This document shows, one piece after another, positions 1 to 13,563 of a stretch of DNA of 64,000 nt. This DNA comes from Cycas panzhihuaensis (taxonomy: Eukaryota > Plantae > Cycadophyta): the NCBI GenBank assembly GCA_023213395.1, contig CM041465.1, positions 136,717,741 to 136,781,740 of the forward strand, given 5' to 3'. The stretch's first letter is position 1; each line of letters starts with the position of its first letter. The notes beneath the pieces are model-generated. The model was not told the DNA's origin, ran no database searches, and was given only the letters and a program-made list of their open reading frames with translations. The position numbers and the translations under genes are program-made.

Positions 1-1048
1 CAAAAAATATTCAAATTTGATTAAATTTGGTTTTGACCTCATAAAAAATATATAACCTCTCCTATACAAATTAACGACTGTAGATACCAAATTAAATTTC
101 AATTCTTTTTTTTTTTTCAGTTGTATTATCTGTTTACAATCCTCTGCCTATAAAATCTCAACCACCCTATTTCAAATCTTTGTTGATTCGAATGATTCTG
201 GATAGTATTGGAGCTCTCCACCTCCATTCATTTTTCAAGCCGCTAACTCTTTTCATCCTATTGCCTGGTCAAAGCCACAAATCATGCCATAGAAATTGTA
301 GGTATGGGGGAGAACATAGGTTGTATGTAGAAACCCTACATAGTTGAGGGATAAACACCTACAACTACATCCACAATGCCAAGTGATGCATTATGCATAT
401 AGAGAATGCCTCGGTTCCATAGATCACACTTGAGATAAAGCATAGTTACCAACGATGCAAGCCATAGCATCTGTATTAGCCATTGAGAAGGAGTCATCCA
501 ACAATAGAGAAACCCTATCTCATCATTACAGAGGAGGTTCTTATATCCTAACACGTAGATTACTACCACACAATAGATGCACATGCCCATATCAGAGATC
601 GACTGATATCGATACTTTATTTGCTTGCCAGTTACCATGGCATTGACTCTCATTGTTCAAATATACATACACATTCCCCACCAAACTATGACGTTACCCA
701 TGAATAATGCCTCACCACTTTGTCTATGCAATTTTTTTTTTGCCCTCAAAGGACAGCTACTTGTATATGGAGATTCCTAAAGGTGCAAGGAAATTATTTT
801 ATAGATTTTGTCTCTAATTTGGTAAATACACAACCTCCTCTACCCTGATAATGGCCCAAGTCAGTGGCCAGTTAATTCAAGGGATCTTGTTTAGTCCTAT
901 AAGTATTTGTCTTATGGTTGCACTAATTAATCCTAGTAGGCATAGAAAAAATAGAAGGGTTATCTAGTCACACTAACCAGACATCATTAAAGAGCAGGGA
1001 GGTGATGCCCTTGAGGGACATGGATAAGCCTGTCTAGTTAATTACTCC

Positions 1049-1106
1049 TAAATTTACTCATGAGCATACTCTCAACTTAAATTTACTCATTTGAACACTC
1101 TCAACT
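1049..1106. repeat. Short tandem duplication, 2 x 29 bp
   Basis: taaatttactcatgagcatactctcaact is followed directly by taaatttactcatttgaacactctcaact. Confidence 0.75.
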
Positions 1107-1672
1107 TATGCTAGAGCCAAGCTGGTGAAGATGGTTACAAAACATTATCCTGACTTGCTTGATTTGGACCTCCAAAACTAAGTGAGCACTCTCTATTATA
1201 GATAGATAGAATCCTTTGTGGGAGGTAATATCATGCAATAGCTAGCAGGCAGAATTTTTTATAGCAGTTTAGTTCCTTTTTCTTTTTACATACAACTTTT
1301 TCTTCTAGGCACTTCTATCAAGAGATCTATGACTGGATTCAGATGCTTCTAGGGTAGGTTATATTCTTTTATGCACTGCAACTATTTTTTCCTTTTTTAC
1401 ATAGAAGACTCTCTTTCTTATAGCTAGCTTCTAAAAAACCCTCAATATTTCTAACACAACTCTAATAAATATTTATAAGTATATGTATAAAACCCTCATT
1501 TTTTATAATAATTCAGTTTTACATCAATCACGGTCATTGGTTTGGCAACAAGGATAGCTTCAAAATTTCACCTTCTATAGGCAAAACCATAAACAAGTAC
1601 TTAACTCTACAGAGCCACCTCCACACATAAAAAGTGATGAACCTACACAAGGATAAACTTGACAAGCAACCT

Positions 1673-1684
1673 GCTTTGATATCA
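1673..1684 (-). promoter_or_regulatory. Primer-binding site (tRNA-iMet type) of a minus-strand LTR element
   Basis: gctttgatatca is the reverse complement of TGATATCAAAGC, close to canonical TGGTATCAGAGC, and abuts a TG at 1685. Confidence 0.6.
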
Positions 1685-2087
1685 TGTTAAAATATGTAAT
1701 GGAAACCATTCAAGATCATGCAATATTCAAGATCAATACAATAAGTATCATGAACATAATATTGTAGCATTAACTTGATATGAAAGAGATTACATCACAA
1801 TGTCTCCACAACAATAATAATATCATAATGGACTCTATATTAACTTAATATCCTGCTATTCTACCTTAACCACTTATTTATATATCACAAGTGGAAAGAG
1901 TAGGAAGACATGTGTTATATGTGGGATAAATGACCTCTTACATAACCAACCACATAACACTTATTTATTGACCAATAATCTAATGGCCACTTACTTCCAT
2001 AAGTGCGTATTACATAACATTAATTCCTAGACATGACACTTACCTAAATATAAAGGACACTTACACATTCAATATTATCTTCCAACA
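1685..2087 (-). mobile_element. Probable 5' LTR (403 bp) of a Copia-type element inserted into gypsy element A; partner LTR not seen in window
   Basis: tgttaaaa...tccaaca termini and an adjacent PBS; Tat-like pre-RT sequence resumes to the right. Confidence 0.55.
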
Positions 2088-4163
2088 TCTCTTTATAAGT
2101 ATGAAGGAACCATTTCATGTGATAAGTTGGTGTAAATTCCATCTTTGGTTTCTGACCCTCTCAATCACATTACATCCTAATCAAGTATACCATATCAATT
2201 TGACATTCTCGTATAGCTTGATTGGGGCTATCCTATTTAGATGATCCCTTCACAAATAACATCCACCCTTATTGATGTTATCCCCCTCATATTAATTCCC
2301 TCATTGCCATAATAAACCTCCTTGAATGAGATTCCCCATGCTCCTCTTTGCGATACCCACTCTCTCCTCAAGAGTATCCTTCATCTAGACCATTTTGAGA
2401 ATCATGAGGCTATTCTTAAAGATATTTAGCAGGCTCTTCTCCCAATTTTCCACCTAACCATCATAAACTAGGTTTCTCCAAATGTATCCACTTAAACCCT
2501 TCCTCGTCAACTTATGACCACCAGGTCATTCCTTTGACATTACCACTCAATTTGGCTCCTCTTCATTTTGAAGAAGGAAATACCATGTTAGTTGAGGATA
2601 TTATTGATATTAATCTGGGAACTCAAGAATAACCTAAACTAATCAAAGTTGGTGCTAGTTATTCCCTTTTATAAGTGGAGCAATTACATAATATTTTTAT
2701 CGAATTTTATTTTGTCTTTGTATTAGATTGCTCTGACATGAAAGGCCTCTACCTAGACATCATGGTTCATAATATCACTATTGTACTAGGGCCCAAACCC
2801 AAACACCAAAGACAAAGGCCATCCATTATCAACTTTTCATCACTATTAAGCAAGAGGCAGAAAAACTTCTCAAAGTAGGATTTATTAAATTAATTAATTA
2901 TTCTCAATGGGTATCTAACATCATCCCCATTACTAAAAAGAATGGTTTTATTTAAATTTTTATTAATTTTTGGGATGTAAATGATTCCTACCCTAAAGAT
3001 AATTTTTCACTCCTCTTTATTGATTAAATCTAGGACCAAACTACCAACTTTAAACTAATTTCTATTATGGATAGTTTTTTAGGGTATAATCAAATCTTTC
3101 TCTCTCTTTAAGACTGCCATAAAACTATTTTTACCACACCCTAAGGTACATTTATCTATAAGGTCGTGCCCTTTGGCCTTAAAAATGCTAATGTAACTTA
3201 TTAATGAGCCATGGTGTTCATTTTTCATGACTTATTAGAAAGCACCATAGTACCATACCTTGATGATATGTTAGGTCTATCACACCATGAGAGGACCAAA
3301 TCCATGATCTAAGGACCATCTTTGAATGCTACTGGAAATATTACCATTGTCCAAATCCAAACAAGTGTATTTTTGTAATCACCTCTAGGAAAATGCTCGC
3401 TAATATTATTTTCAAAAATGGTATTAAGGTGGGTCTAGATAAGGTTATAGTCATTATTAAAATGTCACCACCATGCACTTAGAAATAGGTCAAATCATTT
3501 TTAAGGAGACTTATCTTTTTATAACAATTCCTTGTTGATTTTTTCCTCAATGCCAAACCTCTAACCAACCTTCCTAAGAAAGGTGCTCTTATTGAATAGA
3601 CCTCAACCACTTAGGAATCCATCAATAAGCTCAAATAAGCCCTGATCTTGGTTCCTATGCTCACTCCACCATGTTTTGATGAGTCATTAATTATATATAC
3701 CTCATCCATAGAGGAATCTCTTAGTATTATGTTAGCCTAAGAAGATGGATTTGCCAAAGAATGATCCATTTACTTTATTAATCATTCTTTGGTAGTTGTT
3801 GAGCTTAATTACTCTTCATATGAAAAAGAGTGATTGGCCTTAGTTTATACTACTAAAAAGCTGCAACATTACCTATTAGGTAATATTATTTTCATGATTG
3901 CTTAGTCTAATCCAATTTACCTAATCCTTGCTAAATTAATCTAACTAAATAAGTTGATAGGTGGGCCTTATTATTACAAGAATTTCACTTGAAAATGGTA
4001 AATCAAAAGTCTAGAAAGGGAATGGTAGCATTACTTCTTAATCACAATTATATTAGTGTCAATGACTTACTCCTAGAGAAGTATATCTTATAAGTTAACA
4101 TTGTTCCTATAAATCATGATTAGTATAAAGACATTTGAGATTATCTTTTAGACCAAACTTACC
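2088..4163 (+). pseudogene. Element A part 1: degenerate Ty3/gypsy (non-chromovirus, Tat-like) pol, with pre-RT spacer, RT, RNase H and tether
   Basis: Translates through stops to EEGNTMLVEDIIDINLGT, YPKDNFSLLFID, MDSFLGYNQI, VVPFGLKNA, PYLDD, NYSSYEKE, WALLLQEFHL and DYLLDQTY. The left boundary is approximate. Confidence 0.85.
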
Positions 4164-4367
4164 TATTAACTTAAATCAAGGAGACAGAAGGCTGATAAGA
4201 GAACTCAACAATCTTTATTGAGACGATGATCTTCTTAAATACATGATTGTACTTGTAACCATTATGTCATGATGTGTAACCAACCTCTGAGGTTATGACA
4301 CATGCCACATTTACATGTATAAGTTATATAATTAATGATTCTTTAGATAAAACATTATCTCCTAGCA
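4164..4367 (-). repeat. 3' LTR of element D
   Basis: tattaacttaaat...ctcctagca; 14 differences over 204 bp against the other LTR (hand count: 13 transitions, 1 transversion). Confidence 0.95.
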
Positions 4368-4384
4368 CCCTCTCTTAGTGTTTT

Positions 4385-7300
4385 GTCTCTCTCAAACCTA
4401 TCTTGTCTCTCAAGAACTGAAATTTTTCTTTTCCTAGTGTCTTTGTTAATAAGTCTATACTTTATTCTATAGTATAGCAATATTCCAGCTTGATTTCCTT
4501 ATTATGAAACTTTTCCCTTATGAAATTATGGTGAACTTCATTGTGCTTAGCTCTAGCATGAAGAATAGGATTCTTGGTTAACTTGATAGTACTTTGATTA
4601 TCACAGTATAGAGTTATTGCTTGGTCTTGAGGCTGATTCAAATCAATCAAAAGTTGTCAGAGCCATACTACTTCACAGGTTACAGTTACTGTTGCTCTGT
4701 ATTTTGCTTCAGTTGAGGAGAGTGCAACAGTTGATTATTTTTTATTGTACCATGAGATTACAGCTAGTCCCAAGAAGAAACAATAGCCATCGATGGATTT
4801 TTTTTTGTTTTTATCACCTACCTAATCCAAATTATAATATCCTATGAGTTCCACTGATCCTTTTTGTGAGTAGATTAGTTTCAATTCTATTGTTCCTTGC
4901 AGATATCTCAATATTCTCTAAGCCACATTCTAATGTCTCACTCTAGGTTCTTGCATGTACTTGAGTACTTTGACAGAATAAGATATATCAGATCTAGTGG
5001 TTGTAAGGTAAATTAATCTACCAATTAGTTGTATATATAGAGTGACATCAATTATTTGTTCCTTTTCATCTGGCACTAAGTCAAAATTGATCTCCATAGG
5101 TGTTACACACAGATTGTAATCTGTCATGCTAAATTTTCCTAGCAGGTCTTTTATGTATTTACTTTGTGAGATAAAAATGTATTCTTACTCTTAACTTACT
5201 TCCAATCCTAGATAGCAATTCAGAACACCAAGATCTATCATTTCAAACTTCTTTTCTAACTGACCTTTTATTTCTATAATTGACTCATCATCATTTCCTA
5301 TTAGTATCACATCATCTACATAAATAGCAATTATGGTAATTCGATCATCCTTTTTCTTTGTGTATAGACTGAAATCTAAACTGTAGTGTTGAAAATCATT
5401 ATTACATAAGTGTTGATCTAGTTTGACGTATTAGGCATGAGGGGCTTGCTTCAGTCTGTACAGGGCCTTTTTAACTTACACACCAATTGTTCTTGTCCTT
5501 TCTTGACATAACCCTCAAGTTGTGTCACATACACATCTTCTTCAAGATCACCATTCAAGAAAATACTCTTTACATCTAATTGATAGATTTTCTAATTATA
5601 TAATGCTGTAAGAGCTATCATTGTTCTTACTATATCCAACTTTGGTATAGGTAAGAAGGTCTCTTTCAAAGTCAATTCTAGTTATCTGGGTATATTCCTT
5701 AGCAACAAGACAAGCTTTGTATTTTTCGATCTTTCCATTAGCACCTTCCTTGATCTTATATACCTACCTATAATTAACTATAGGTTTGACTGGAGGAAGT
5801 TCTACCAGTTCCTATGTCTGATTTTCAATAATTGAATCCATTTCAACGTCCATTGCTGTCTTCCATTTTGGTTGATCTTGAGCCTCCTAGAAGGATTGAG
5901 GTTCAGTTCTATTGACCAGAGCTTTTGGTCTTTAACTCCTTATTTTATGTCAAGTATACTTCCTCCTTCTTCAATAGTCTTAATAAACCACTTGGCCAAT
6001 TTCTTTTTCTTTCTTTAGTCTTCTCTTGTTTTTGGGGTTTCTAAATGAGATTCTACCTCCTGTGTTGTGTTTCCTTCTTCACTTGAATCTTCGTGAGATG
6101 AGCAAGATGAGATTTCTTCAGTAGTGATGTCTGAGATTTCTTTTGTAAAGACCTCTTTATTTGAATTCTTTGTTTCTCCTTTAGTTATCCCAATTTAAGG
6201 TTAAGGATCCAAGCTTTTTATATTAAAGACTATATCTCTACTAACATATATCTTATTTATTTTTTAATCAATGCATTTATAAGCTTTTGAATTCTTATTA
6301 TATCCTATCATAATATATTCTATACTTTTTGCATCAATTTTTTATCTCCTTTTGTCTGGTATGTGTACATAAGCTTGGCTACCAAACACTTTAAGGGAAC
6401 TAACATCAGGTTTTTTACTTGTCTATGCTTCTTCCAATGTGATGTTCTTCGGATCTTTAGTTGGACTTTTGTTTATAAGATAGCAGGTTGTATTCACAAT
6501 TTCTGCCCAATATGATTTTGGAACCTACCTTTCATGTACCATGCTACGAGCCATTTCCATCAAGGTTCTATTTTTTCTTTCAGTAACACTATTGGATTGT
6601 GAAGTGTAGGGCGTGGTCATTTGTCTTCAAATGCCATTCCTCTTACAGTAGGTTAGGAATTCATTAGAGATGTATTCTCCTCTTCCATCTGATCTGATGT
6701 ATTTTATTTTAGATTCTGACTTAAGTTCTACCTTTGCTTTAAATTCCTTAAAAACTTCAAAAACTTTTAATTTATTATGTAGAAAATACACCCAAACTTT
6801 TCTAGTGAAATCATAAATGAAAGTTAGGAAGTACCTACAACTATTTATTAAAAGTGGTGTAAGCGGTCTGCAGAGATCCATATAAATCAATTCTAATTGT
6901 AAGGCAATCCATATACCATATCATGTTTTTTCATTTTCTTTAATGTTTCTACTAGTAGATGCACGTACTTCAAATGCCACATTTTATTATCAGAATTCAC
7001 AAGAGTATAAGCTTTTGGACTTGGACTGGGCATTATGCGATGTGAAACTAGTTTATATAGATCATTTCTCCTAATACCTTTTACAACTATTTCTCTATTA
7101 TTTTTCATATCCAATATTTGACAGAGACCATCTTCATCAAACACAATTCTTAGCCCTTTTTAACTAAGTTGTGAGATAGACAGAAGGTTCATTTTGAGAT
7201 CAAGGACCAACAGGATATTTCCAATTTTTTACACTACAATGTACATTAATAGAAATAGTACCCAGTCCTTTAACTTATGGTGGATACTTCTCACTTAATT

Positions 7301-8371
7301 CTACTGATTTGTTGATGTTACAGGGTCTCAAGATTTCAAACCAGTCTTGGTGATTCGTCATGTGTTGTAAAGTTCTAGAGTCGATGAACCACGTGTCTAT
7401 TTCCTTTAATCCTACTGACAAGATAACCATGAATGTTATTTCTTCTTCTTCTTCTTTAATTTGTTCTTTACTGTAGTTGCCCACAGGTCTTTTCCCTTTT
7501 TAAATGTCTACTCTCCTCTGAGGACATTAATAGGGATAATATCCTGACTATCCACAATGATAACATACATCGAATGCTCTATAAGTACTGGTGAAATGTC
7601 TGGATTTGCCATAGTTAAAACATATCTTGGAGTCTCAAATTTATCTGCATCCTCTATTATCTAAATAACAACCACCAGTAAAATTCCTAGAGCCTAGATT
7701 CTATCCCCTTCCATGTCAATGGCTTCATCCTTGAGATCCTAGATTTAATCTAAAAGCAAAAGCATCTTCCAGTTCTACTGAGTCTTTTATCACTTGTTTC
7801 TTTGTTCCTGTCTAAGCAATACTTTAGTCAACTCATCAAGGGTCATTATATCAATCTAATTACTATTTATGATAGTATTGATGATTACATCAAAGATCTT
7901 TGGCAATTTGCTAACTACCATCTAAACAAGTTCTGGTTCTAGCAAAACTTCTCTAGCACTTAAAAGTCCATTTCTAAATGAAGTGACCTTATGTATAAAG
8001 TCAATCATTATTTCATGCTCTTTTATATGTAACTTGTAGAATTCTCCATTTAGAGTAAATATTCGAGCCTTATTTTTCTAACTAAATAGATTTTTCAAGC
8101 ATTTCCAAATAGTTGAAGTTAAGGTCAATTTTTCCTTGTATACCAAGAGAGGGTCTGAAACAGACAATTTAAGAATAATTACTCTTGCATTATCGCTTTC
8201 CAACCGATTGGGTAGGGTTGCATTAGCATCATTAGGCTTGGTTTCAGTTCCAAAAGTAATATTCCAAGTATTGCGGGCCCTAAGCAGAGTTTTAAAGTTT
8301 ATTTTCTAGATATAATAGTTACTATCAGTGAGTTTGTCTTGCTTACAAAGACCATAAAGTAGAGCAACCAT
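4385..8371 (-). pseudogene. Element D gag-pol (gag, zinc knuckle, protease, integrase, RT, RNase H), disrupted
   Basis: ATG at 8371 (MVALLYGLCKQDKL). ORF fragments: WFIDSRTLQHM (PR), FIYDFTRKVWVYFL and IRSDGRGEY (IN), LIYLTTTRSDISY (RT), LYCDNQSTI...HARAKHNEVHHNFIRE (RH). Domain order PR-IN-RT-RH is Copia. Confidence 0.92.
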
Positions 8372-9025
8372 TATTAATGAAGAGAGAGAAATTTAAACTG
8401 GTCTGACTATATAATTATATAGATTTTCGTATAAAATCTTAAGTGTACAGACAAGAATAAATAGTACCTCAAAAGAGAGTTATTTTTGCCCTCTACACAG
8501 ATTTGAACTTGGTTTTACAAAACAACTTTCCATTTGAGAGAAAATAACCTCGAAAGGATTAGACGGGCACATAAGGTTTGAGCTTATTTTGGCTTAAATC
8601 CACCAATTCTCTTCAGAAAACTAGACAAAATCAATTCTAAATAGTTAATAATAGAGATTCGAATATTTTAGAAAAATTTTTACTTAGATTCAAGCTCAAT
8701 TTTGACTCTAATCGATTTTTTCCTCTCTAATCTCGTGCAGACTAGTCTTCACCTAATTTGACCCCTGAAATGACTTCAAATATCTTTGACTCAGTAGAGA
8801 GAGTTGATGAGTGTACTTTGATCTACTTGTCCACTAAATTTTGTCTCATTCTAAGGACTTTAAAATTTTGGCGTCCGTACAGTTTCTGTATAATTCCATA
8901 CACAGTCAATTAATGCTCTTCTTTCGTACTGGAGAGTCTTCCAGACTTGCCTTCCTTCTTAAACCCTTGACTTATCTTCAGGAATTACAACTTCTTCTTT
9001 CATATGAGTAGTTACACCTAAACTT

Positions 9026-9037
9026 GCTCTACTACCA
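9026..9037 (-). promoter_or_regulatory. PBS (tRNA-iMet) of element D
   Basis: gctctactacca is the reverse complement of TGGTAGTAGAGC, directly adjacent to the 5' LTR. Confidence 0.85.
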
Positions 9038-9241
9038 TGTTAACTTAAATTAAGGAGACAGAAGGCTAATAAGAGAACTCAATAATCTTTATTGAGAGGA
9101 TGATCTTCTTAAATACATGACTGTACTTGCAACTATTATGTCATGATGTGTAACCAACCTCTAAGGTTATGACACATGTCACATTTACATGTATAAGTTA
9201 CATAATTAATGATTCTTTAGATAAAACATTGCCTCCTAACA
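9038..9241 (-). repeat. 5' LTR of element D
   Basis: tgttaacttaaat...ctcctaaca with intact TG...CA termini. Confidence 0.95.
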
Positions 9242-9724
9242 TTACCCTCCCAATGACAATTCCAAGAAGAGAAAAAGAGTAAGGGCCTCCATTGGCTAAT
9301 ACCTTCTTCTAGATGATGTATTATATAAATGCTACTTCGATGAGATTTTGTTACGATGCCTCTCACCTTTTGAAGCCCAAGTTGTCCTAGTTGAATACCA
9401 TGACGACATCTATGATGGCCATTTTAATGGCTTGTCCATAGCCCTACAAATTCTCTGAATGGGATTTTAATGGTCAAGTCTATTCAAAATGAATATTTAT
9501 ATGTAAAAATGTAAGAAATGCCAAATACATTTGTCTTTAATTCATCAACTAGCTACTTCACTTAGATTAATCCTTGTCCCCTAGCCATTCTCTCAATGAG
9601 GTCTCAACCTTATTAAAAAAAAATTACCCCCCATCTTCTTCTATATACAAGTTCATTTTAATTGCAATTGAATATTCCATGAAATAGAGTGAGGCAATCC
9701 CTTTAACCACCATAACCAAAAAAG
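9242..9724 (+). pseudogene. Element A part 2: integrase zinc finger and start of the core
   Basis: DDVLYKCYFDEILLRCL, EYHDDIYDGHF, CKKCQIH, P*PFSQ*GL and FILIAIEY...EAIPLTTITKK. Confidence 0.88.
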
Positions 9725-10111
9725 TGTTAAAACTTATAGTGTCAACTTCATTACCATGTAACATATGTGTATATGTATATATTTATGTACCATGGGTGAC
9801 CCCTATTTGTAATTTAATCATAATTTGTAAATATGTTAGGTCCATCATTTATATCAATAAGTCAGCCAATAATATTGATGTAAACATTGGTGGTATGCTT
9901 ATAAATTAAGCCCCTGTCACCTCATTTAAATAATGGAAGATTTATAAATGTAGAAGCTCTACCAGATTGTAGCCTCAGAGTGTAACAAATTTGCTTGTGA
10001 ATATTTGTCTATCTTATTTACTCATGTGCATGGTTATTTTGATATTTCAATAGTTTACAATGTTTTATTGATGGCTGTGTATAGATATTAGATCCTATAT
10101 CTATTTTTTCA
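9725..10111 (+). repeat. 5' LTR of element B
   Basis: tgttaaaacttatag...ttttttca, colinear with 22278-22667. Confidence 0.93.
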
Positions 10112-10123
10112 TGGTATCAAAGC
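10112..10123 (+). promoter_or_regulatory. PBS (tRNA-iMet) of element B
   Basis: TGGTATCAAAGC immediately after the LTR-terminal CA. Confidence 0.9.
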
Positions 10124-11714
10124 CATTACTCCATTTATAGTTGGTTGAAGAAACGTATGAGAAATGGAGGTTCATTTACCCATAATAACATCCTATTCCC
10201 ACTATTTTTCAAGTTTTCATCAATATTTTGTAGCCACTAGCTAATCTAAGGCTCCTTTAGGTTGTTTTTAGTTCATTTCAACTTCATCGTGTAGGTTTCC
10301 TAGCTTGTAGTAGTCCAAAGAATACATAGCTCTAGTTTTAGATAAAATGGCTTTATTTTGGCCCTTGTTTCAACCCTAATTCATTTGTGCTAGCTACATC
10401 TTGCCCCTGAACAAAGATCTAATAAATCTAATAGTCTTATGGCATTACTAGGCTGTTGTTCCAAGCTTTTATATAGAGATTTCAGTGGTCATTTGCCCAT
10501 TTTTAGTCCTAGGTAGCCATACAGCCTCTAAATGATTCTATGACCTTGCTTGAGTTTCCTTTTCCTTGTAACAACTCTAAACCTAAAGGAGGGTTCCACA
10601 ACCTATAGATATGATTCAAATAAAAAAATAAAGCAAACTCGAAGTGATTTAGGGCTTGTTTTCCTTATCATACCTTGTTTGGGTTGCGTGCGTGCCATGG
10701 AAAGTCACATGATTTTTCTCTCCTTTAAAATTTTAATTTTCTAACTTCATTCTTCATAAAGTTCAAGATACATTAAGTTAGATTTGAATCCATCACTTAA
10801 ATCCGCTAAAAAGGCCCCTATTTTGATTATATTTTGACTTCATACAACCATATCTTTATCATAAAGGGGAAGATCTTAAAAAAGATTAATTATCTTTTAT
10901 AATTTTTAACTTTGTAAAAAGTTTAGGGTGTATTTGATAGTTTCTCAAGTCTGCATAGCCCCTAACAGTCCAACAGGTGGTCACATGCTGTAGTTCGATG
11001 ACTAGAGGCCAAGTTTAACAGGGGCTTAAGCCCTAACCTTACCAAATTTTTAGCATAAAGGATACATGTTACTATTTTCTTTATAACCTTTTAACAGAGA
11101 GTTAGAATCAGGTGCCATCTAAACCATTGGAAAGATAATTTAGAGAGCTATAGTTTAAAGCTATTTTTAGCTTGATTTGAGTCCATTTAATAAGAGTTCT
11201 AAGCTACTAAAGTTGATTTATCTATTTGAGCATTCTTAAAACTGTTTTCATCATTTGAAAGCCTAAACTTAAATTTTCATAAGATTTTTATACATTATAT
11301 ATTATTATTGACTAATAGTAAGTTGTTCTACTCTATTTTTTAGGCTAGTAAGCGCTTGTGGTTTGGTTATTATAGGTGTTCTTCTTAGATGTTGAGTGGA
11401 TCTTCTTAGATCAAGTAGTTTCAAAGAGCTCACTAAACCCTTCTTTTTCCTTTTAATTTCTTGAATTTATTTCCACTTTTTAGTTTTTCTTATTCAAAAT
11501 AAAACTTGCTTATAAATAAGATCACCTTAAAATTGATCTTTAACTTGAAATCTTAATTAAGATAATCCTAAATCAATAAGAAAACTATATTAGCCTTGCA
11601 AGGCGAGTGATTAGGACCCCTAAAGTTACCACTCTATATATGCCCTTAGTATTTCTCTAATTTTCTAAGGAAACCATTGTCTACAAGGTGTATTAAGTGG
11701 TAGGCTGAGGTGGA

Positions 11715-12473
11715 AATAATTAAACTCAATGGCCTAAATAACTTTATAACTTGAAAGAAATAAGTAAAAAACCTACTTATTATAAATGATTATTAGGGCT
11801 ATATTAATGGTGATATCTCCTTACCTAGACTAACCCAAGATCCTAATGATTCTAACATCATAATTTTATTTGATCAAATTGCCTTAGTTAACTTTAAAGT
11901 TAAGGATAATATAGCATTGTCTTTCCTCTATTTATTGATAAAAGGCTAAGTGGATCAGAATATAGAAACAACACAAACCTCTCACAGAGCCTAGACTATC
12001 CTATGTGCTCTTTATGGGAGGAAAGATGAGTCAAGATCCTTGGCTCTTAAAGTATGTCTATTTACTATTCCTTTTACTGGAAACATTACTGCTCATCTAA
12101 CTAAAGTTAAGACAATTAGAAATTAACTAATAATCGTTAAAGAAGCTCTATTAGACTATGACTTTATATCTAACATTCTTAATATCCTCCCAATAAAATA
12201 CAATAGTTTATTTCTAAACTCCATGATAATTACATTAAAATAGACTTTATCAGCTTTGAGGGACTCTTACTAAGGGAAGAAAACATTCTCAACCTATAAG
12301 AGGTAACATCTACCTCTGACTTGGCCCCTATATTTATAGCTTAGAATTCAGAGAGGGATAAGACTACATAATAACTAACTCAGTAGCTTAGTTAACTACA
12401 AAGTCTTACTCAATAATTGGACTCCTTAAACATCTCATAAGAGACAAGTTAGCCACTAACTCAGTAGTAACCA
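11715..12473 (+). pseudogene. Element B gag (N-terminal part; start region deleted)
   Basis: IIKLNGLNNFIT*KK*VKNLLIINDY*GYINGD, homologous to F gag at about 58100-58886 on the minus strand. Confidence 0.8.
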
Positions 12474-13429
12474 TCATCTAGGAGGATCTACCTTATGTCT
12501 ACAAAAAGTAAAAAATACTAGACATTGGTACAATTGAAAGAAATAAGGCCAAATGATATCAAAATAATGTGAAATTTTATGGGAAGGAAGAAGATACATC
12601 CCATTACATGTGTGCAAAAAGTGGAATTCAAAAAATATCATTTGACTATATGGCAAGCCTTATTTTACAGAAAATAACTCTCACAGCCAATAAAAAAAAA
12701 TAACAAGCACAAAAATAGTAAAAATTAGGGTAAATGAGATAAATTTTTGAGGATATAAAGGGGACATATCTACCTATATATATGTAAAATTTGAGCTCAA
12801 TTTGAGTTTATTAGCCCTAAGTACTAGGCTGAAACGTTTTGGACTTTCATGAATACCACTTAAATAACATGCATTTTGGTTATTAGTGATTAAACTTGCA
12901 TGAATGCCACTTGGAAAACATGTATTTTGGTTATTGATAGATTTCTTTCTATAAATTGAGGCCTCTTGAGTCCATTTTCAATGTTGGAGACTTGGTTCTT
13001 ATATGTGGGAGACACTTGACTTAGGAATAACATTGAGGTAGCACTTGGAAGGTGTTAGAGACCATAGAGGAGGCAAATTTCAGCACTTTAAGCACCTATT
13101 TTAGAGGGTGGGAGCTTCATTAAAAGAGTCTTGGGAAGTTGTAGGCCCCTTGTGGTATTGTTATATTATTTCTTCATTCTAACTTACCTATTCTTTGTTA
13201 GTTTTTTTTTTTTTCTCCACCATTAAATGGAGGTTTTTCTAGCTTAATAGAAGTATTATTTTTCTAATCTTGGAGTAATAACAAGTATGTATAAGTTGGC
13301 GTAGAGTATCTTTTTTATGGGCTCACTCTTTTATTAATAGTATTAAAAATTTTACACTAACACCCTAGGATCTCAAGGAAAAATATTGGTGATTGATTTC
13401 TTCACTAATCACATTCCACTTTAGGATTA
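12474..13429 (+). repeat. 5' LTR of element C (about 956 bp)
   Basis: tcatctaggaggatctacc...ccactttaggatta, colinear with the 3' LTR. Confidence 0.9.
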
Positions 13430-13563
13430 TAATTTTAGTATCAAAGCATATGATCTTTGTTGTAGGGACTTGAATGGTGTAAACAAGGAAAGGATACCAA
13501 GAGAAAGAAGAAGCTTTTCTTGTATTACAATCACCACGAAGACAAAGAAAAAATCCAAGCACC

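Larger units (their letters stand above)
4164..9241 (-). mobile_element. Element D: full-length Ty1/copia LTR retrotransposon, TSD TTACC
   Basis: 204-bp LTRs at 4164-4367 and 9038-9241; TTACC at 4159-4163 and 9242-9246; PBS at 9026-9037; PPT at 4368-4378. The host frame DQTY|PPNDNSKKRKRVR is restored when the element is removed. Confidence 0.95.

Noticed and set aside
79-1456. Possible LTR boundaries (tgtagatacc at 79, ttctaaca at 1456) and the 105-aa ORF at 336-653
   Set aside because: No matching TSD, partner LTR or protein motif; the region is left unassigned.
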